NCBI GenBank assembly: GCA_045536965.1 | Contig: JAZSON010000012.1 | Coordinates: forward strand, 211,889-275,888 | Length of the DNA stretch: 64,000 nucleotides | Reading direction: 5' to 3' | DNA from: Eubacteriales bacterium | GTDB lineage: Bacteria; Bacillota; Clostridia; Oscillospirales; SIG627 | Shown here: piece by piece, positions 59,559 through 64,000 of the stretch | Layout of the letters: each line of letters starts with the position of its first letter | How positions within the stretch are numbered: position 1 is the first letter of the stretch | Made by a program: the position numbers and the translations under genes | The notes under the pieces: generated by a model | Told to the model about the DNA's origin: nothing | The model's input: only the letters and a program-made list of their open reading frames with translations | Database searches by the model: none

Positions 59559-60953
59559 ATGAAGTTATATAATACCTTAACTGCCCAAAAAGACGAACTC
59601 GAGGTGCAGGATAAGCATGTAAGAATGTATGCCTGCGGCCCTACGGTTTACAATTATTTTCACATTGGAAATGCAAGATGCTTTGTCTTGTTTGATATGT
59701 TGCGTCGGTATCTTGAATATCGCGGTAACAAGGTGGATTTTGTTCAAAACTTCACCGACGTTGATGATAAGATGATCCGCCGTGCCAATGAAGAGGGAAC
59801 GACTGTTCCTGCCATTGCGGAAAAATATATTGCGGCATATTTTGAGGATGCTGCAGGATTGGGTATCCGTCCTGCTACCGTTCATCCCCGTGCCACAGAA
59901 AACATTGACGCCATCATTTTCATTATTTCGGCTCTTATCGAAAAAGGTCATGCGTATGTCGCGGAGAACGATGTTTATTTTTCGACCCGTTCCTTCTCCC
60001 GATACGGCATTTTGTCCAAAACTGATGTAGATGATTTGGAATCGGGCGCCCGCATTGACGTCAACGATATCAAAAAAGATCCGCTTGATTTTGCCCTTTG
60101 GAAGGGTTGGAAGGAAGGCGAGCCTTGGTGGGATTCTCCTTGGGGCAAGGGCCGACCCGGTTGGCATATTGAATGCTCTGCAATGGTAGATAAGTATTTG
60201 GGTAAAACCATCGATATTCATTGTGGCGGTGCCGATTTGGCTTTCCCCCATCATGAAAACGAAGTAGCGCAATCGGAAGCGGCCTTTGGCGTACCTTTTG
60301 CCAAGTTTTGGCTTCATAACGGATACATTAATGTAGACAATAAGAAAATGTCCAAATCGGCCGGTAACTTCTTTACCGTGCGCGATGCCGCTGCACAGTA
60401 CGGTTTCCCCGCCATACGTTATTTCTTGTTGTCTGCTCATTACAGAAGTCCCGTAAACTATTCGGCAGACAGTTTAACGCAAGCGCAAGCGGCACTTGAT
60501 CGCTTGTATCGTTGCGAAGAAAATATTACGTTTGCTCTTAAAAATGCCGATGAAAAAGGCCAAACCGATGACGAAGCGCTTTCTCGTTGCATGGCGGCGA
60601 GAGAAAAATTTATTGCCGCGATGGACGACGACTTTAATACTGCGGATGCCATTGGTGTGGTTTTTGAATTGGTGCGTGACATCAATACCTATTTGCGTGA
60701 GAATCGCAAAAAAGACGATCTGTTGCAGCTTGATGGTTTATATCGCGAGCTGGTTTCTTTGCTTGGCTTTATGAAGCCGACAGAAGAAAAAGGTTTGTCT
60801 GCCGAAGAAATTGAGGCCGAGATTGCTCGTCGTACGGCGGCGAAAAAAGAAAAGAATTATGCTTTGGCCGATGAAATTCGCAACACCCTCAAAGAAAAGG
60901 GCGTTGTGCTTGAGGACACGCCGTCGGGCGTAAAGTGGAGATACGAAAACTAA
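59559..60953 (+). CDS. cysS: Cysteine--tRNA ligase
   Basis: Start moved to ATG 59559 (MKLYNTLT). HIGN (FHIGNARC) and KMSKS (KKMSKSAGN) class I motifs. Confidence 0.95.
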   Translation: MKLYNTLTAQKDELEVQDKHVRMYACGPTVYNYFHIGNARCFVLFDMLRRYLEYRGNKVDFVQNFTDVDDKMIRRANEEGTTVPAIAEKYIAAYFEDAAGLGIRPATVHPRATENIDAIIFIISALIEKGHAYVAENDVYFSTRSFSRYGILSKTDVDDLESGARIDVNDIKKDPLDFALWKGWKEGEPWWDSPWGKGRPGWHIECSAMVDKYLGKTIDIHCGGADLAFPHHENEVAQSEAAFGVPFAKFWLHNGYINVDNKKMSKSAGNFFTVRDAAAQYGFPAIRYFLLSAHYRSPVNYSADSLTQAQAALDRLYRCEENITFALKNADEKGQTDDEALSRCMAAREKFIAAMDDDFNTADAIGVVFELVRDINTYLRENRKKDDLLQLDGLYRELVSLLGFMKPTEEKGLSAEEIEAEIARRTAAKKEKNYALADEIRNTLKEKGVVLEDTPSGVKWRYEN

Positions 60954-60984
60954 TACAAAGGTTAAATCGGGAAAGGAGATCGCG

Positions 60985-62319
60985 ATGAAGGAGCATTGGA
61001 ACAAAAAATATCTTGTTCTGGCAATATATGCATTTTGTGTGATAGTGTTCTCCTTTGTTGCGTTTTTCCTGCTTTCCAAGCTGCAAAATATCGGCGGTTG
61101 GCTGGGTGCTTTGTACTCGGTTTTTGAAACGGTCGTTTGGGGCTTTGTGTTTGCATATCTTCTAAATTCTTTGCTCAAGTTTTTTGAAACCAAGGTTTTT
61201 GTTTTCACGGTGGATTCCAGAAAAAAGTTTTTGTGGAAACGTACCCTTTCGCTCATCTTGACCTATACGGTCTTTTTAGGTGTTATTTTATCTTTCTTCT
61301 TGGTTATTATTCCCGAAATTATTTCAAGCTTGTATTCTATTGACGGTGTCATTACCAATTTTCAAAGCTATTGGGAACGGTTCAACAATTGGCTTTCGGA
61401 AATTTTCCCCGCCGACAACGGTTGGGTCACTCAGTTTAAGAACATCATTCAGGAAGAATTGAGCGTGTTGAGCAAATCCATTTTTGATACGCTTTCGGTG
61501 GCACAAACGGCACAAAAGGTAGCGGTCGGCGTTTATCATACCCTTTATGTGTTTTTTATCGGTATGGTTGTATCGGTGTATATGCTTGCAAGCAAGGAAA
61601 CTTTGGTGGCACAAATCAAAAAAACACTGTTTGCCATTTTGCGTAAGGAACGGGTAGATGCCATTTTAAAATTCACAAAAACGACCCACGAAACGGTTGG
61701 TAACTACCTTGCAGGTAAAATTTTAGACGCTGTGGCGGTTGGCTTGATTACCTTTACGGTGCTAAGCCTCTTGCACTTCCACTACACCGCGCTGATTTCG
61801 TTGGTTGTGGGTATCAGCAACATTATTCCGTTTTTTGGCCCGTTTATCGGTGCGATTCCGTCGGCACTTTTGCTTTTGCTTGTAGACCCGATGGAGGCAT
61901 TCTGGTTTATCATCATCATTCTTGTGATTCAACAAATCGACGGCAATGTTCTCGAGCCTGCGATTTTGGGAAAATCGGTCGGCATATCTTCCTTCTGGGT
62001 GGTTGTATCCATTTTAGTATCCGGCGGATTATTTGGTATTGTTGGATTGCTGTTGGGCGTACCATTGTTTACTGTTATGTACGCTGTGTTCCGACAGTTT
62101 ATCGACATGCGTTTGGAGAAAAAGAAACTGCCTGTCCAATCAAAAGAATATGTTGGTTATCGTCATGATGCACCTGCGGCCGAGCAGGAAAAATTTGCTG
62201 TGGCACAGCATGCCCCCAAAAAACATCGCAACTGGATATATCGGATTGTGCATCATCTGACCAAAGAAACCGAGCACGAGGAAACGGATGCCGAGCAAAA
62301 CCAAAATAAAGAAGAATAG
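60985..62319 (+). CDS. AI-2E family transporter (PerM/YhhT-like permease)
   Basis: ORF track, 444 aa, polytopic. QQIDGNVLEPAILGKSVGISSFWVV block. AAAGGAG RBS. Confidence 0.8.
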   Translation: MKEHWNKKYLVLAIYAFCVIVFSFVAFFLLSKLQNIGGWLGALYSVFETVVWGFVFAYLLNSLLKFFETKVFVFTVDSRKKFLWKRTLSLILTYTVFLGVILSFFLVIIPEIISSLYSIDGVITNFQSYWERFNNWLSEIFPADNGWVTQFKNIIQEELSVLSKSIFDTLSVAQTAQKVAVGVYHTLYVFFIGMVVSVYMLASKETLVAQIKKTLFAILRKERVDAILKFTKTTHETVGNYLAGKILDAVAVGLITFTVLSLLHFHYTALISLVVGISNIIPFFGPFIGAIPSALLLLLVDPMEAFWFIIIILVIQQIDGNVLEPAILGKSVGISSFWVVVSILVSGGLFGIVGLLLGVPLFTVMYAVFRQFIDMRLEKKKLPVQSKEYVGYRHDAPAAEQEKFAVAQHAPKKHRNWIYRIVHHLTKETEHEETDAEQNQNKEE

Positions 62320-62347
62320 AAAAAGGACACGTCAAGTGTCCTTTTTT
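62320..62347. terminator. Bidirectional terminator ending the 17-kb gene train
   Basis: aaaaaggacac / gtgtccttttt stem with a 5-nt loop and a T-run. Confidence 0.75.
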
Positions 62348-62630
62348 ACGTTTGCCGCTCTTTTTCGCAGGTTTTTCGGTAAGCGACGGGGGAGCAGCCG
62401 ATCTTCTTTTTGAACAGGGTGTAAAAATAACTTTCAGAGCCGGGAAAGGTACGCTCTGCGATCTCTCCGACCGAAAGGGTCGTGTTTTTCAACAGCATTT
62501 TTGCAGCCGCCAACCGTTTGTCTGCCACCAACGCCGAGAAGCTCGTACCGTAGCTTTTGCGGATGATGCGGGTGATTTGCTTGGTGCTCAACGCTACCTG
62601 CTCTGCCGCCGTTGCCGCTATTGAGATCAT
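62346..62630 (-). pseudogene. AraC-type DNA-binding domain only (94 aa); probable N-terminally truncated regulator remnant
   Basis: From ATG 62630: MISIAATAAEQVALSTKQITRIIRKSYGTSF..SVGEIAERTFPGSESYFYTLFKKKIGCSPVAYRK, i.e. two AraC HTH units with no sensor domain. I see no RBS. A terminator hairpin lies about 22 nt upstream. The longer track ORF (to 62756) reads through that hairpin and into the neighbouring gene. Confidence 0.45.
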
Positions 62631-62652
62631 TCCGGATTGATAAAGGATATAT

Positions 62653-62685
62653 AAAAACAGGACTGCAATTGCAGTCCTGTTTTTA
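62653..62685 (-). terminator. Terminator after the ABC-exporter-like permease gene
   Basis: Palindrome acaggactgcaattgcagtcctgt flanked by AAAA and TTTT, 10 nt after the stop at 62695. Confidence 0.7.
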
Positions 62686-62694
62686 TATGGTTTT

Positions 62695-63996
62695 TTACAG
62701 TGTGTTGAAGCGTTTTTGTCCTGCACCGAAAAGGTATATACAAAGGGCGGCGGCAATGAGCAAGAAATATATGAGATAGTACAGCAAAAATAAAGTAGGA
62801 GAAAAGTCTGAAAAGCAGATAAAATAAAGCGCTACGGGGAGAATTACAAGCACAAGAGAACCCATCATGCTGATAAAAACCGACAGATTTTGTTTGATGG
62901 CAACCGTTTCGCTGACCCAGTCAAAGCGGGGGAAGCGCACATTTGTTGCCAATCCGAGCAGTGAAAAAGTCGCAAGTGCGCAGAGCGGAACAAGAAACAA
63001 AAATACCGTTTGCGCAAAATTGATGGGAAGAACGATGGTACAGATGATAGCCGACAACAAAAGAGGCGGAAAACCAATGATTAAGTTACTGGAAATTTTT
63101 GAAAGGAAAATGGTTTTGGGTGAAACGGGAAGGGTTTTTAATATCCAAAAACGGTCTCCTTCCAAGGAAATACTGCAAGCGGTGGTCACCGATTGAGAGG
63201 CGGCAAGGGTTAACGCGGCGACGGTGATTAGGCCGATATACGGAGTAATGGTTTCAAGATCGACTCCCTGTTCGGTGATGGTGGCAATAATGGTTTGGAT
63301 GCCATCCTTTGAAATGATCAAATATCCGCAAAACAGAAGTTCCATAAAAACGCCGAGGGCAGAGTTGATAATATAGTTGGGCAAAGAAAAAAATCGACGC
63401 AGCTCTTTTTTTGTTAAAGCCATAAGGGGAGAAGTAGGTTTTGCGGTTTTTTCAATGTATTCCCGTTTTTTCAGACCCCGTCGCGTGGTGGCAATTTGAA
63501 TAAAACGTTTTGCAAAGAAGGTCAGTACGGCGGCAAGGGGGAGAACGCACCATAAAAGCATATACAAAAATGAGAGAAAGTTTCCGTTTGTAACGGCTTT
63601 TCCGAAAAGGACAATGGGTGGGATGTAGCTAAAAAAGGACTTGGCAGAATCGGAGGCAACCATAGAGGAAAATAAAGAAACGGGATCTGCTACAAAATAC
63701 ATATAAGCGCCGATACAAGCAATAAACAACGGGACATAAAACAAAGATTTATGCCGCATTCGGGTTGTAATGAGAGACATCAACCAACCGAGTATACACC
63801 CGATGGCCAGCGAAAAGAAGGGGAGCACAAGAATAGAAAGAACAAAAATAATTGCTTGTGAAAGAGTGGGTGTCCGGAACCAACAGTAAATAGCGGCAAC
63901 GGGGAGAGCGTAAGAAAATGTGATAACATATTCAGTCAAAAGGATCAAAAGGAAGCGACTAAATAAAATATCGCGGGGGCGTATCGGCATACTCAA
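62695..63996 (-). CDS. Polytopic membrane protein resembling a putative ABC-exporter (ABC-2-like) permease; the N-terminus may lie beyond the right edge
   Basis: ORF track, 433 aa, about 10-12 hydrophobic segments with a central basic loop (RRGLKKREYIEKTAKP..KKELRRFF). There is no in-frame stop between its first Met codons (TTG 63996, ATG 63990) and the window end. Confidence 0.5.
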   Translation of the reverse strand: MSMPIRPRDILFSRFLLILLTEYVITFSYALPVAAIYCWFRTPTLSQAIIFVLSILVLPFFSLAIGCILGWLMSLITTRMRHKSLFYVPLFIACIGAYMYFVADPVSLFSSMVASDSAKSFFSYIPPIVLFGKAVTNGNFLSFLYMLLWCVLPLAAVLTFFAKRFIQIATTRRGLKKREYIEKTAKPTSPLMALTKKELRRFFSLPNYIINSALGVFMELLFCGYLIISKDGIQTIIATITEQGVDLETITPYIGLITVAALTLAASQSVTTACSISLEGDRFWILKTLPVSPKTIFLSKISSNLIIGFPPLLLSAIICTIVLPINFAQTVFLFLVPLCALATFSLLGLATNVRFPRFDWVSETVAIKQNLSVFISMMGSLVLVILPVALYFICFSDFSPTLFLLYYLIYFLLIAAALCIYLFGAGQKRFNTL

Positions 63997-64000
63997 AAGA

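Noticed and set aside
62631-62756. Longer version of the AraC-fragment ORF (136 aa, start 62756).
   Set aside because: Its N-terminal 42 codons translate the terminator palindrome and overlap the 3' end of the permease gene. There is no AraC sensor-domain similarity.

Overview
This 64-kb window looks like the origin-proximal chromosome of a Firmicutes/Clostridia-like bacterium; the taxon is an inference from gene content, not a database hit. Left to right: nfnAB-like oxidoreductase genes (cut by the left edge), a SulP permease, a GH36 alpha-galactosidase, and a peptidoglycan amidase-comEC pair. An 8-kb arginine biosynthesis operon follows (argG-argH-argC-ABM-argJ-argB-argD-argF). A 13-kb glycan-utilisation style accessory locus comes next. 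It holds two AraC regulators, a Gfo/Idh/MocA oxidoreductase, a hydroxypyruvate-isomerase-like TIM barrel, a GH29 fucosidase, a GHL6/GH42M-like hydrolase, two membrane-anchored surface proteins and an orphan family-5 solute-binding lipoprotein. The most accessory-looking element is a 1.8-kb AT-shifted single-gene cassette at 31051-32885. It encodes a DUF262 plus His-Me-finger (GmrSD-like) nuclease, has its own promoter and terminator and a phased upstream repeat array, and is bounded by a 10-bp direct repeat. It sits just downstream of tRNA-Ser(GGA). Then come hisS-aspS, which run without a terminator into an ABC-2/GldG/DUF4340 four-gene module, then ddl, and the replication origin region (dnaA, an AT-rich dnaA-dnaN spacer, dnaN-recF-DUF370-gyrB-pfkB-gyrA). 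From dnaN an uninterrupted 17-kb co-directional gene train continues (PPTase, RNHCP, DUF1385, prmC, recA, recX, rimO, pgsA, cysS, AI-2E permease). The window ends with an AraC DNA-binding-domain remnant and an ABC-exporter-like permease that may run off the right edge. I found no CRISPR array, rRNA, transposase or integrase. All calls rest on reading the ORF-track proteins, my own translations and motif recognition; no database search was possible.
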